Of a stretch of DNA of 64,000 nucleotides, positions 18,331 to 27,723 are shown piece by piece; position 1 is the first letter of the stretch; every line of letters begins with the position of its first letter. The position numbers and the translations under genes are program-made. The stretch is from Vicinamibacterales bacterium (GTDB lineage: Bacteria; Acidobacteriota; Vicinamibacteria; Vicinamibacterales; 2-12-FULL-66-21): positions 11,268 to 75,267 of the forward strand of contig DATAEE010000314.1 in assembly GCA_036258175.1 (NCBI GenBank). The letters are read 5' to 3'. A model generated the notes under the pieces. That model was not told where the DNA came from, made no database searches, and saw nothing but the letters and a program-made list of their open reading frames with translations.

Positions 18331-18370
18331 AGCGTGGCCCGACGACGCTGAAGCGTCGTACCACGTGGTC
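18319..18370. repeat. Direct 16-bp repeat (GACGACGCTGAAGCGT x2), a hairpin and the 10-bp palindrome ACCACGTGGT between convergent genes
   Basis: Repeat copies are at 18320-18335 and 18341-18356. The hairpin is ACGACGC-TGAA-GCGTCGT at 18342-18359. The palindrome is at 18360-18369. Confidence 0.6.
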
Positions 18371-18377
18371 GTACTAC

Positions 18378-19550
18378 TTACAGCGCGCGCCGGCGCCGGA
18401 ACGGCGACTCGCGCTGCACGACGCGGACCCTGATGTCGCGCCGCGTCCCCTCCTGGATGACGCCGAGCGTGATCGTGCTCCCGATCTCAGCGTCGGCGAG
18501 CAGCCGCAACAGATGTGATGCGTCGTGGACCGGCTGTCCGTTGAACGACACGATCACGTCGTCGGGTCGCAGACCGGCCTCGAGCGCGGTACCGCGGACC
18601 ATGTTCACGACGATCGCGCCGCGCGTCGTGTCGACCCCGAGCTCGCGTGCGAGAGCACTCGTGAGCGTCGCGACCTCGGTGATCCCCACCCAGCCGCGTC
18701 GGACTTCGCCGTACTGCCGCAACTGGTCCATGATCCGGCGCGCGACGTTGCTCGGAACGGCGAATCCGATGCCCTGATAGCCGCCAGACTGGCTGAAGAT
18801 CGCGGTGTTGATGCCGACGAGCTCGCCGCGGCCGTTGATGAGCGCGCCCCCCGAATTCCCAGGGTTGATGGCCGCGTCGGTCTGAATGAAGTCTTCGTAC
18901 CCGGCGACGCGCCCTTCGAGACTGCGGCCGACGGCGCTGACGATCCCGAGCGTCACAGTCTGACTCAGTTGGTACGGGTTCCCAATCGCGAGGACCCACT
19001 CCGCAATCTTCAGTTTCGAGGAATCGCCCCAGGGAATCGCCGGCAGATTCACGCCCTCGATCTTCAGCACCGCGATATCGGTCATCGGATCGACGCCGAC
19101 GATCGTGGCGGGGAGCTCGCGCTTGTCGCCAAGGACGACCGTAACGTCCGCGTTCGGGCTGCCGACAACGTGCGTGTTCGTCATCACGTAGCCGTCGGCG
19201 GAGACGATGACGCCCGATCCGAGGCTCTGCGAGCGACGCTGCCGTCCAAAGATGTCGTCGTCGCCGAAGAAATAGCGGAAGATCGGATCGTCGATCGGCG
19301 CGCGCTGCCGCGGCTGGAGCGACGAGATGTTCGTGACGCCGTTGATCGTTCGCTCCGCGACCGGTGAAAAATCGGGACCTGTGGTGCCCCGGGGCTGGGC
19401 CGCTGTCGACGCGGAGGCGGGTGCGGCTGCGTCGTTCTGAGGCGCCGGCGCGGCGGTCGCGTTCTCGTCGAGGCGCATCCGTCCCGACACGACGAGCGCC
19501 GCCGCAGCCCCGCACGCAACGAGCAGGATTGCCAGGGTCAGTTTTCGCAC
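18378..19550 (-). CDS. htrA: Trypsin-like serine protease, HtrA/DegP family, single PDZ domain
   Basis: Signal or anchor at the N-terminus. The catalytic triad context is MTNTHVV, D.A.LK and GNSGGALIN. A C-terminal PDZ-like region follows. Confidence 0.85.
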   Translation of the reverse strand: MRKLTLAILLVACGAAAALVVSGRMRLDENATAAPAPQNDAAAPASASTAAQPRGTTGPDFSPVAERTINGVTNISSLQPRQRAPIDDPIFRYFFGDDDIFGRQRRSQSLGSGVIVSADGYVMTNTHVVGSPNADVTVVLGDKRELPATIVGVDPMTDIAVLKIEGVNLPAIPWGDSSKLKIAEWVLAIGNPYQLSQTVTLGIVSAVGRSLEGRVAGYEDFIQTDAAINPGNSGGALINGRGELVGINTAIFSQSGGYQGIGFAVPSNVARRIMDQLRQYGEVRRGWVGITEVATLTSALARELGVDTTRGAIVVNMVRGTALEAGLRPDDVIVSFNGQPVHDASHLLRLLADAEIGSTITLGVIQEGTRRDIRVRVVQRESPFRRRRAL

Positions 19551-19559
19551 CTGAAACCT

Positions 19560-19955
19560 CTATCGAACGGCGATCCGCTGCGACGCCGCCTTCGGAATGG
19601 TGATGGTCAGGACGCCATCACAGAACTCGGCGGAGATCTGCTCGACGTCGATCGGATCGGCAAACATGAACCGGCGCTCGAAGGCGCCCTGGCCGCGTTC
19701 GATCTGCAGATACGCGTGTGGCGGGACGCCCGGCTCCAACCGTCGCCCGCGAAGCAACAAACCCTCGTCGCGCGCGTCGATCTCGATGTCTCGCCGATCC
19801 ATGCCCGGAAGCTCGGCGGTGACGATGTAGCGATCCGCGGTTTCGTAGACGTCGACCGGCGGCAGCCATCCGGAGCCGTGACCCTCGGTCAGCCGATCGA
19901 GCCGGTCGAGAGGATCGGACAGCGAGAGAAGGTCGCGGAGCGGATCGCGCGCCAC
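19560..19955 (-). CDS. Hsp20/alpha-crystallin family small heat-shock protein
   Basis: Alpha-crystallin domain pattern PPVDVYETADRYIVTAELPGMDRRDIEI......L.L.G. It lies 9 nt upstream of htrA on the same strand. Confidence 0.85.
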   Translation of the reverse strand: MARDPLRDLLSLSDPLDRLDRLTEGHGSGWLPPVDVYETADRYIVTAELPGMDRRDIEIDARDEGLLLRGRRLEPGVPPHAYLQIERGQGAFERRFMFADPIDVEQISAEFCDGVLTITIPKAASQRIAVR

Positions 19956-20009
19956 GTTTCGAATCGTAGCACGGATGTGTTAGCATCAAGGGTTCCAAGG
20001 ACGACAAAA

Positions 20010-20573
20010 ATGAGCTCAGTTCAGGCCACGCGACTCCGGAAAGGGATGCTCATCAAAATCGGCGAGGATCTCTTCCGCATCCTCGAGCTGCACCACATGA
20101 CGCCCGGCAACAAGCGCGGGTTCGTCCAGGCGCGGATGCGAAACATCCGGACGACCACGCTGACCGACACCAAGTTCCGCGCGGAAGAGGACGTGGAGCG
20201 CGCGACGCTCGACGAGCGCGAGATGCAGTACCTCTACAACGACGGGGACTCGTTTCACTTCATGGACACCGGGACCTACGAACAGCTTCACATCCCGGCC
20301 GAGGCGCTCGGCGACACGGTCGGCTACCTCATCCCGGAGATGACGATCCACGTCGAATTCTACGGTCACGAAGCGGTCGGCATCGAACTGCCGCAGACCG
20401 TCGACCTCAAGGTCCTCGAGACGACTCCCGCGATCAAGGGCGCGACCGCCAGCGCTCAGCTGAAGCCGGCCAAACTCGAGACCGGCCTCGTCGTGCAGGT
20501 GCCGCCCTTCGTGAACGAGGGAGACGTGATCCGGGTCAACACCGAGAGCGGCGAATATCAGTCGCGCGTGTAA
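20010..20573 (+). CDS. efp: Elongation factor P
   Basis: 187 aa from the ATG at 20010. The EF-P pattern is ...[19 protein letters not shown] and ...[27 protein letters not shown]. Confidence 0.95.
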   Translation: MSSVQATRLRKGMLIKIGEDLFRILELHHMTPGNKRGFVQARMRNIRTTTLTDTKFRAEEDVERATLDEREMQYLYNDGDSFHFMDTGTYEQLHIPAEALGDTVGYLIPEMTIHVEFYGHEAVGIELPQTVDLKVLETTPAIKGATASAQLKPAKLETGLVVQVPPFVNEGDVIRVNTESGEYQSRV

Positions 20574-20575
20574 CG

Positions 20576-21193
20576 ATGGCCAGACCACTCGAAAACCCGA
20601 TGGCGTCAACCGATCACCCGGTCGTGCAGCACCCGACGGGCAAGGCTACCGGCTGGATCGAGGTCATCACCGGCAGCATGTTCAGCGGCAAGAGCGAGGA
20701 GCTGATCCGTCGCCTGCGCCGCGCGCAGATTGCCCGGCAAAAGGTGCAGATTTTCAAGCCGGCCATCGACGATCGCTACGGCGACGACCACATCACGTCG
20801 CACAGCGAAATGAAGATTGCGTCGGAGAGCCTGCAGAAATCTGCTGAACTCCTGACGCGCGTGCGGCCGGAGACAGAAGTCGTCGGGATCGACGAGGGGC
20901 AGTTCTTCGATCAGGAGCTGCCCGCGGTGTGCTCGACACTCGCCGATCAGGGCAAGCGCGTGATCGTCGCCGGCCTCGACCAGGACTATCTCGGCAAGCC
21001 GTTCGAGCCGATGCCGCAGCTCCTGGCGATCGCGGAGTACATCACGAAGACCCTCGCCATCTGCGTCGTCTGCGGCGCGCCCGCCAATCACACGCAGCGG
21101 CTCGTCGCGAGCCGGGAGCGCGTGCTCGTCGGCGCGCAGGGCGCGTACGAAGCGCGCTGCCGGCGATGTTTCGATCCGCGATTGGGACAGTAA
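20576..21193 (+). CDS. tdk: Thymidine kinase
   Basis: P-loop [18 protein letters not shown], and C-terminal Zn cysteines C.VCG...........CRRC. Confidence 0.9.
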   Translation: MARPLENPMASTDHPVVQHPTGKATGWIEVITGSMFSGKSEELIRRLRRAQIARQKVQIFKPAIDDRYGDDHITSHSEMKIASESLQKSAELLTRVRPETEVVGIDEGQFFDQELPAVCSTLADQGKRVIVAGLDQDYLGKPFEPMPQLLAIAEYITKTLAICVVCGAPANHTQRLVASRERVLVGAQGAYEARCRRCFDPRLGQ

Positions 21194-21202
21194 AATGACC
21201 GC

Positions 21203-21778
21203 GTGGATGCCCCGCTCTCGCGCCTGCTCATGCTCATCGGCGCGGGGTTTCTCGTGGCGAATCTGCGGCTGCTCGGACAGTTCCTCCTCTACCTGCGCCG
21301 GCGCTCGACCGCCGTCCTGACATGGCCGACCGGGCGCCCGGCGAATGCATGGGTGTTCGTCGTGCTCGGCGCGGCCCTCGGCCTGGTCATCATCGTCAAG
21401 CTGGTCATCCTGCGCGCGGCGGTCTTCGATCGCGCGGGCCTGCTGTCCGTGTTCGGCGAGAGCATGATGCTCGTGTACTTCGGCTACGCAGCACCCATGA
21501 GCTGGCGGATCGGACGGGGCTTCTACGAGGATGGCATCTGGGCCGACACCGGCTTCGTGCGCTACACCGACATCGGCGGGTTGAGCTGGCGGGAAGAGGA
21601 TCAGATCACGCTGGTGCTCATTTCACGCGCCAGGCAGCTCGCGCGCCGGTTGACGGTGCCGCAAACGCTTTACGGCGCCGCCCGTCGTCTGCTTCGCGAT
21701 CGGATCGCGGCGCACGACATTCACTTCGCGGGCGAAAAGCTGGACCTGGGCGGGTACGACGAGAGGGAGGATGTCTGA
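21203..21778 (+). CDS. Hypothetical membrane protein
   Basis: 191 aa with a GTG start and three hydrophobic helices at the N-terminus. I recognise no family. Confidence 0.45.
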   Translation: MDAPLSRLLMLIGAGFLVANLRLLGQFLLYLRRRSTAVLTWPTGRPANAWVFVVLGAALGLVIIVKLVILRAAVFDRAGLLSVFGESMMLVYFGYAAPMSWRIGRGFYEDGIWADTGFVRYTDIGGLSWREEDQITLVLISRARQLARRLTVPQTLYGAARRLLRDRIAAHDIHFAGEKLDLGGYDEREDV

Positions 21779-21795
21779 TGCCTGGCCCTTGTGGA

Positions 21796-21836
21796 GTGCT
21801 GATTGTGGATGCTGAATGGACGTCTACGGCATCCAC
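21796..21836. repeat. GATTGTGGAT-family element with a hairpin (GTGGATGC ... GCATCCAC) between convergent genes
   Basis: CTGATTGTGGATGCTGA at 21799-21815 is nearly identical to the element at 36418-36435 on the opposite strand. The stem is 21805-21812 paired with 21829-21836. Confidence 0.55.
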
Positions 21837-22024
21837 TGAGCGAAATACCCGATCAACCCCGGGCCTGACGCCATCGGATCGCTGAGCCAGTCGGGCGGGG
21901 TCAGCCAGATAAACGCGAGGATCACCACGACCATCAGGTCGTACTGCCAGGTGGCCCGCTCGTAGGTCCAGAAAAGCGCGTTCCAGATAACGCGGGCCGG
22001 CACCGAGAGAAGGCGGACGCTCAT
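21824..22024 (-). CDS. Hypothetical small membrane protein (66 aa)
   Basis: The start overlaps the stop of the upstream phosphatidyltransferase gene (ATGA). It has one or two hydrophobic segments. Confidence 0.35.
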   Translation of the reverse strand: MSVRLLSVPARVIWNALFWTYERATWQYDLMVVVILAFIWLTPPDWLSDPMASGPGLIGYFAQWMP

Positions 22025-22623
22025 GCGATCGCCTCAGGCTCGGCGGCGTTGAGCGTGCGCCAGGTGTAGAAGATCCGGTCCGCGACCGTCACGATCGACA
22101 GCACCAGAATCACCCAGAGGACGGCAGCCATCCGGTTGGTGAACGCCCCGATCATGAACAGCACGATCCGTTCGGGCCGCTCCATGAAGCCGACCTTGCA
22201 TTTCGGGATCAGGGATTCCGCGCGCGCGCGTGTGTAGCTCGTCATGATCGCAAACATCATTGCGAGCGCCGCCACCATCACGTAGCCGGTGCGGCCGAGC
22301 CGCGAGTACAGATAGATCAGTCCAATAAACAACGAGATGTCCGAGAAGCGGTCGATGACCGAATCCCAGAAGCCGCCGAACCGGCTGACCGCCTTCAGTT
22401 CCTGCGCGACCTTGCCGTCGATGAAGTCGAAGATGTTGGCGATCATCATGATGACGCCCGCGAGCATGAAGCGCCCGACCGCGAGCGCCCACGCCGCGGC
22501 GACATTGATGAGGACGCCGACGAACGTGAGGACGTTGGGATGGATGCGCAGCGCGACGGCGGCGTCGATGATCAGTCGCAGCGGGAACAGGAAGACCGCG
22601 CCGATGGCGCCGGTAACCGTCAT
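22021..22623 (-). CDS. CDP-alcohol phosphatidyltransferase family protein
   Basis: Exact family motif DG(x)2A(x)9G(x)3D(x)3D in DGKVAQELKAVSRFGGFWDSVID. The protein is multi-pass membrane. Confidence 0.8.
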   Translation of the reverse strand: MTVTGAIGAVFLFPLRLIIDAAVALRIHPNVLTFVGVLINVAAAWALAVGRFMLAGVIMMIANIFDFIDGKVAQELKAVSRFGGFWDSVIDRFSDISLFIGLIYLYSRLGRTGYVMVAALAMMFAIMTSYTRARAESLIPKCKVGFMERPERIVLFMIGAFTNRMAAVLWVILVLSIVTVADRIFYTWRTLNAAEPEAIA

Positions 22624-22679
22624 GGAAAGGTATGTGGCGCGAGCCGTTAGGCTCGCCTTCGGCGCTAGGATAGTACTCG

Positions 22680-24485
22680 ATGCCGATTCGCGACCTCAAG
22701 GCCCGGATTGCGCGGCTGCCCGAGCAGCCCGGGGTCTACGTGTTCGCGAACGATGCCGGCGACACCCTCTACGTCGGCAAGGCGCGCGTCCTGCGCGACC
22801 GCGTCCGCAGCTACCTGGCCGCGGAGGGCACGAGCCCGCGTCATGACGCCCTGTTGCGAGAGGCGGACCAACTCGACGTCATCGTGACCGACTCGGTCGT
22901 CGAGGCGCTCGCGCTCGAGAACCACCTCATCAAGCAGAAGGCACCCCGGTACAACATCCTCCTCCGCGACGACAAGAACTATCCGTACTTGCAGGTGACC
23001 AACAGCGAGCGGTTTCCGCGCGTGCTTGTCGCCCGCCGCGTCGACCCGCGCGACGGCAACGTCTATGCGGGTCCGTTTCTGCCGGCATCCTTCGCGCGCC
23101 GGACGATGAGCCTGACCCATCGGCTGTTCGGTATTCGATCCTGCAACGAGGCGATCGACGGCGAGCGGGGCCGGCCCTGCCTCGAGTACGACATCAAGCG
23201 GTGCATCGCCCCCTGCGTCCGCGAGATCTGCTCCGAGGAGGAATACGCCGCGGCGGTCGCCGACACGAAACTCTTCCTCGAGGGACGGACCGACGAGCTG
23301 CAAGTCGATCTCCGGCGGCGGATGAACGAGGCGGCCGCCGACGAACAGTTCGAGCGTGCGGCGCAGCTGCGCGACGCCCTCCGCACGATCCAGGCGCTCG
23401 GCTCGCGCGAGCAGAAGATGTCCACGACCGCGCTCGGCGACCGCGACGCGTTCGGCGTGAAGCTCGGCCCCGCGGGTGCCGTCGTCCAGGTTTTTCAGAT
23501 GCGCGGCGGGCGCGTCATCGAACGCATCGAGCTCGTGTCCGAGAACGCAGGGTCGGAAGTCGAGGTGCTCGAGGCGGCGGTCCAGCAGTTCTACGAATCG
23601 CGCGAGCCGCCGCCCGAGATCCATGTGCCTGCGCCGCTGCCCGAGTCCGAGGCGATGGAAACCTGGCTCGCCGATCGCAGCAACCGTCGCGTCCGCATCG
23701 TGGTCCCGAAGCGCGGCGAGAAGCGCGGCCTGCTCGAGCTCGCGTCCCGCAATGCCGCCGTCGCGTACGACGCGCGGTTCAACGACACCGTCGCCGCGAA
23801 CTACGACGCGCTCGAAACGCTTCGCGCCGTGCTCGCGCTGCCGGCCCTCCCGCGCCGCATCGAGTGCTTCGACATCTCCACTATCCAGGGAAGCGAAACG
23901 GTCGCATCGATGGTCGTGTGCGAGGACGGACGGATGCGGCGAGGGGAGTACCGGAAATACCGAATCAAGGGCGAGCGCCTCGATGATTTCGCCGCCATGT
24001 CCGAGGTCGTCCTTCGGCGTTACCGGAAGCTGCTGGAGCAGGGCGGCCCGTTTCCCGATCTGATTCTGATCGACGGGGGCAAGGGACAGCTGACGGCCGC
24101 TTACGAGGCCTTGAGGCAGCTCGGTCTCGAGAATCTCGTAGCCGTGGGGATCGCGAAGAAGGAGGAGCTGCTGTTCACGCGGGACCGCGTCGATCCGATT
24201 GCGTTACGGACCGACAGCCCGGCGCTGCATCTCATCCAACGGATTCGCGACGAGGCGCACCGCTTCGCGTTGACCTTCCATCGCGCGGCGCGCCGCATGC
24301 GCGATCTGCGTTCGGAGCTCGACGACGTGCCGGGCATCGGACCCAGACGCCGTCGGGCGTTACTGCGGCGCTTCGGCAGCCTGGCCGGTGTGAGGCGTGC
24401 CACGCACGACGAGCTGATCGGTGTTGTTGGTCCGAAGGGAGCTGACGCGATTCTTGCGCACTTCATGAACCAGCCGCACCACTAA
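22680..24485 (+). CDS. uvrC: Excinuclease ABC subunit C
   Basis: GIY-YIG N-terminus (PGVYVF.......LYVGKA), a UvrBC-interaction region, and a C-terminal endonuclease plus HhH (VPGIGPRRRRALL). Confidence 0.95.
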   Translation: MPIRDLKARIARLPEQPGVYVFANDAGDTLYVGKARVLRDRVRSYLAAEGTSPRHDALLREADQLDVIVTDSVVEALALENHLIKQKAPRYNILLRDDKNYPYLQVTNSERFPRVLVARRVDPRDGNVYAGPFLPASFARRTMSLTHRLFGIRSCNEAIDGERGRPCLEYDIKRCIAPCVREICSEEEYAAAVADTKLFLEGRTDELQVDLRRRMNEAAADEQFERAAQLRDALRTIQALGSREQKMSTTALGDRDAFGVKLGPAGAVVQVFQMRGGRVIERIELVSENAGSEVEVLEAAVQQFYESREPPPEIHVPAPLPESEAMETWLADRSNRRVRIVVPKRGEKRGLLELASRNAAVAYDARFNDTVAANYDALETLRAVLALPALPRRIECFDISTIQGSETVASMVVCEDGRMRRGEYRKYRIKGERLDDFAAMSEVVLRRYRKLLEQGGPFPDLILIDGGKGQLTAAYEALRQLGLENLVAVGIAKKEELLFTRDRVDPIALRTDSPALHLIQRIRDEAHRFALTFHRAARRMRDLRSELDDVPGIGPRRRRALLRRFGSLAGVRRATHDELIGVVGPKGADAILAHFMNQPHH

Positions 24486-24486
24486 A

Positions 24487-25536
24487 GTGGTATTCTTACC
24501 CACACTTTTCGTGAAGCCACGCGTCGTGTCGGGCATGCGCCCGACCGGAAAGCTCCACCTCGGACATCTGGCCGGCGCCCTGCGCAACTGGGCTGAGCTC
24601 GAGGATCGCTACGACTGCTTTTACTTCGTCGCCGACTGGCACGCTCTGACCAGCGAGTACGCCGACACCAGCGAGATCGCGGCGAACGCCGCCGACAACG
24701 TCGCCGACTGGATCGCCGCAGGTCTCGACCCCGGGAAGAGCACGATCTTCGTCCAGTCGCTCGTGCCCGAGCACGCGGAGCTCTACCTGCTCCTGTCGAT
24801 GGTCGTGCCGGTGCCCTGGCTCGAGCGTGTGCCGACTTACAAGGAGCAGCAGGAGAACATCACCGACCGCGATCTGTCGACCATCGGATTTCTCGGGTAC
24901 CCGTTGCTGCAGACGGCGGATGTGGCCATGTACGACGCGCGGTTCGTGCCCGTCGGCGACGATCAGGTCGCGCACCTGGAGCTCTCGCGCGAGGTCGTCC
25001 GACGGTTCAACAACATCTTCGGCGGGCCCGTCCTTGTGGAGCCGCAACATCTCCTGACGAACTTCGCCCGACTGCCGGGGCTCGACAACCGAAAGATGAG
25101 CAAGAGCTACGGCAACGCGATCAACTTGTCGGACGACGCCGAGACGGTACGCGCGAAGGTCATGAAGATGTACACAGATCCCAAACGGGTCCGTGCCGAC
25201 GTGCCGGGAACCGTCGAGGGCAACCCCGTATTCCTGTATCACGACGCCTTCAACCCGAACACCAACGAGGTCAACGACCTCAAGGACCGGTATCGAGCCG
25301 GCAAGGTCGGGGACGTCGAGGTCAAGGACAAGCTCGCGCGCGCGATCAACGCCGCCCTCGACCCGTTGCGCGCGCGCAGGCGCGAGGTCCTCGGCCGGCC
25401 GGAATCGCTGCGGGAAATCATGATCGAAGGATCCCGCCGCGCGCGGACCGTTGCCCAGGACACGATGGAGCGGGTGCGCGCCGCGGTGAAGCTGGACTAC
25501 GCCGGCGTCCAGCGGGCGCTCAAGTCAGGGCGCTGA
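24487..25536 (+). CDS. trpS: Tryptophan--tRNA ligase
   Basis: Class I motifs GKLHLGHL (HIGH-like) and KMSKS. The overall TrpRS pattern is GYPLLQTADV. The start may be a few codons downstream. Confidence 0.9.
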   Translation: MVFLPTLFVKPRVVSGMRPTGKLHLGHLAGALRNWAELEDRYDCFYFVADWHALTSEYADTSEIAANAADNVADWIAAGLDPGKSTIFVQSLVPEHAELYLLLSMVVPVPWLERVPTYKEQQENITDRDLSTIGFLGYPLLQTADVAMYDARFVPVGDDQVAHLELSREVVRRFNNIFGGPVLVEPQHLLTNFARLPGLDNRKMSKSYGNAINLSDDAETVRAKVMKMYTDPKRVRADVPGTVEGNPVFLYHDAFNPNTNEVNDLKDRYRAGKVGDVEVKDKLARAINAALDPLRARRREVLGRPESLREIMIEGSRRARTVAQDTMERVRAAVKLDYAGVQRALKSGR

Positions 25537-25547
25537 CGCTGCAGACC

Positions 25548-26333
25548 ATGGAACAGGAATTCGAATCGGTCCTCGAGGCGTACCCCGTAAGGCTCCAGAA
25601 CTTCGAGGGGCCGCTCGACCTCCTCCTCCATCTGATCAAGAAGAACGAGGTCAACGTCTACGACATTCCGATCGTGCTCATCACGCAGCAGTACCTCGCG
25701 TACATCGAGCTGATGCAGGAGTTGAACCTCGACGTCGCCGGCGAGTTCCTCGTCATGGCGGCGACGCTGATTCACGTCAAGTCGCGGATGTTGCTCCCGC
25801 GGCCCGACCCTGCGCAGGAAGATCCTCAGGAGGATCCACGCGAGGCGCTCGTCCGCCGCTTAATCGAGCATCAGCGCTTCAAGGCTGCCGCCGAGCTGCT
25901 CCACGAGCGCGAAACGGTACGGAGCGCCCAGTGGTCGCGCCCGGACGCCGTCGTCACGGAGATTGCGGGCGAGGCGCCGGAACCAGAGGTCGAGGTCGAT
26001 CTGTTCAGCTTGATGTCTGCGTTCCGGGCGGTCCTCGAGCGCGCCCGGCAACGGCCTCAGGTGCCCCTGCCGCCCGAACAGATTCCGATCGAGACGCGGA
26101 TCGAGCAACTGCTGGCGCGGCTGAGCGAGCACGAGGCGTGCGGATTCGAAGATCTCTTCGCCGACGTCCAGCATCGCAGCGGTCTGATCGTCACGTTCCT
26201 CGCGTTGCTGGAAATGATTCGTCTCAAGTTAGTTCGCGTCTACCAGTCCGCCGCGTTCGGGCCCATCCGCGTCTACAAACGTGCGCGGCCTGCCGACGCG
26301 CCGAGGCCGATCCTCGATCCGGAGGGTGCCTAG
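25548..26333 (+). CDS. scpA: Segregation and condensation protein A
   Basis: FEGPLDLLLHLIKKNEVNVYDIPI signature. Confidence 0.85.
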   Translation: MEQEFESVLEAYPVRLQNFEGPLDLLLHLIKKNEVNVYDIPIVLITQQYLAYIELMQELNLDVAGEFLVMAATLIHVKSRMLLPRPDPAQEDPQEDPREALVRRLIEHQRFKAAAELLHERETVRSAQWSRPDAVVTEIAGEAPEPEVEVDLFSLMSAFRAVLERARQRPQVPLPPEQIPIETRIEQLLARLSEHEACGFEDLFADVQHRSGLIVTFLALLEMIRLKLVRVYQSAAFGPIRVYKRARPADAPRPILDPEGA

Positions 26334-26358
26334 TGCGTGGTGCCCGTAGAGGTCACTG

Positions 26359-26958
26359 ATGTCCGACTCGCTGAAATCTGTCATTGAAGCGCTCATCTTC
26401 GCGTCGCCGGATCCGCTCACGATCAAGCAGCTCGCGAAGCTGCTCGACGGCGAGCCGAAGGAGGCCGTGCAGGAAGCGATCGCCGCGCTCAAGAAGGACT
26501 ACGAGCGCGAGGGCGGACTGCAACTGGTCGAGATCGCGGGCGGCTACCGGATCGTGACGCGCCCCGAGTTGCACGAATGGGTGCGGAAGCTCTTCCACGA
26601 GCAGACCAAGCAGAAGCTGTCGGTCGCCGCGCTCGAGACGCTCGCCGTCATCGCCTACAAACAACCGATCACCGCGCCAGAGATCGCGGAGATCCGGGGC
26701 GTCAACACGGCCGGCGTGCTCGGCACGCTCATCGAGCGCCGGCTCGTGAAGATCGTAGGGCGTAAGCCGGTCGTCGGGCGTCCGTTCATGTACGCCACGA
26801 CGCGTCAATTCCTCGATCGGTTCGGGCTGAAGGATCTGGGCGACCTGCCGAAGGTGGAGGACATGGCGGACGCGCTCGGCTTCGAGGCGCCCGATGGTCT
26901 TACCGGCGGCGGATCGGTCGAGAACGCGTTGCCGTTCGAGGGAGAGACGGTCCACTAG
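26359..26958 (+). CDS. scpB: Segregation and condensation protein B
   Basis: IEALIFAS..PL....L and GGY.......... winged-helix pattern, immediately after scpA. Confidence 0.85.
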   Translation: MSDSLKSVIEALIFASPDPLTIKQLAKLLDGEPKEAVQEAIAALKKDYEREGGLQLVEIAGGYRIVTRPELHEWVRKLFHEQTKQKLSVAALETLAVIAYKQPITAPEIAEIRGVNTAGVLGTLIERRLVKIVGRKPVVGRPFMYATTRQFLDRFGLKDLGDLPKVEDMADALGFEAPDGLTGGGSVENALPFEGETVH

Positions 26959-27697
26959 AAGCGACGTCGAGGCCGGCCGCCCGCTTCAGCGCCGCGATCT
27001 CTCTGTCAGTGAGTTCACGCCAGTGGCCCGTCTTCAGCCGCGTGTCGCTGATCGGCCCAATCCGCACCCGCCGCAGTCGAACCACCGGATGGCCAATGGC
27101 GTCGCACATGAGCCGGACCTGGCGTTTCCGGCCTTCCCGGATCGTGAGCTCCACGAGCGCCTGCGGACCGGAGGGAGCGTCGAACGTTCGGATCAGCCGC
27201 GCGCGCGCCGGTGACGTCCGGCGGCCGTCGATGACGACACCGCCGGCGAGCCGGTCGAGCGCGTGTCGATCCGGCACGCCCCGGACGCGCGCCTCGTAGA
27301 CGCGCTCGACGCCGTGCCTGGGATGCGTCAGGCGCGCGGTCAGCTCGCCATCGTTGGTAAGGATCAGCAGTCCCTCCGAATCGAAATCCAGGCGTCCGAC
27401 GGGATAGACGTACTCGCGAACGCCTTCGAGCAGATCGATCACCGTCCGACGGCGCTGCGGGTCGTCGCGCGTGGACACGTACCCCCGCGGCTTGTTCAGC
27501 AGGAGATACCGTTTCCGCTCCGCTGCCCGCACGCGCCGGCCGTCGACGCGGATGTCATCCACGGCCGGGTCGGCTTTCGTGCCCAGCTCCGTCACCGTCT
27601 GGCCGTTCACGGTGACGCGCCCTTCACGCATCAACTGCTCGGTCGTCCGCCGAGACGCCAGGCCAGCCTGAGACAGGATTTTCTGTAGTCGCTCCAA
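26900..27697 (-). CDS. Pseudouridine synthase, RsuA/RluB family
   Basis: S4 domain (ERLQKILSQAGLASRR) and the catalytic motif PVGRLDFDSEGLLILTNDG. I prefer the start at TTG 27697; GTG 27712 and TTG 27721 are also possible. Confidence 0.8.
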   Translation of the reverse strand: MERLQKILSQAGLASRRTTEQLMREGRVTVNGQTVTELGTKADPAVDDIRVDGRRVRAAERKRYLLLNKPRGYVSTRDDPQRRRTVIDLLEGVREYVYPVGRLDFDSEGLLILTNDGELTARLTHPRHGVERVYEARVRGVPDRHALDRLAGGVVIDGRRTSPARARLIRTFDAPSGPQALVELTIREGRKRQVRLMCDAIGHPVVRLRRVRIGPISDTRLKTGHWRELTDREIAALKRAAGLDVASSGPSLPRTATRSRPIRRR

Positions 27698-27720
27698 TCC
27701 ACACCAATCCACAATCAACA
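27692..27720 (-). repeat. GATTGTGGAT-family element (TGTGGATTGG x2) at the 5' end of the pseudouridine synthase gene
   Basis: The minus strand reads TTGATTGTGGATTGGTGTGGATTGGAG. The exact 10-mer GATTGTGGAT is at 27707-27716. Confidence 0.5.
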
Positions 27721-27723
27721 ATG

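Noticed and set aside
19967-19986. CIRCE-like heat-shock operator between hsp20 and efp (TAGCAC-N8-TAGCAT).
   Set aside because: The two halves are direct repeats, not inverted, and do not match TTAGCACTC-N9-GAGTGCTAA. A sigma32-like CTTGGAA on the hsp20 side is too degenerate to call.
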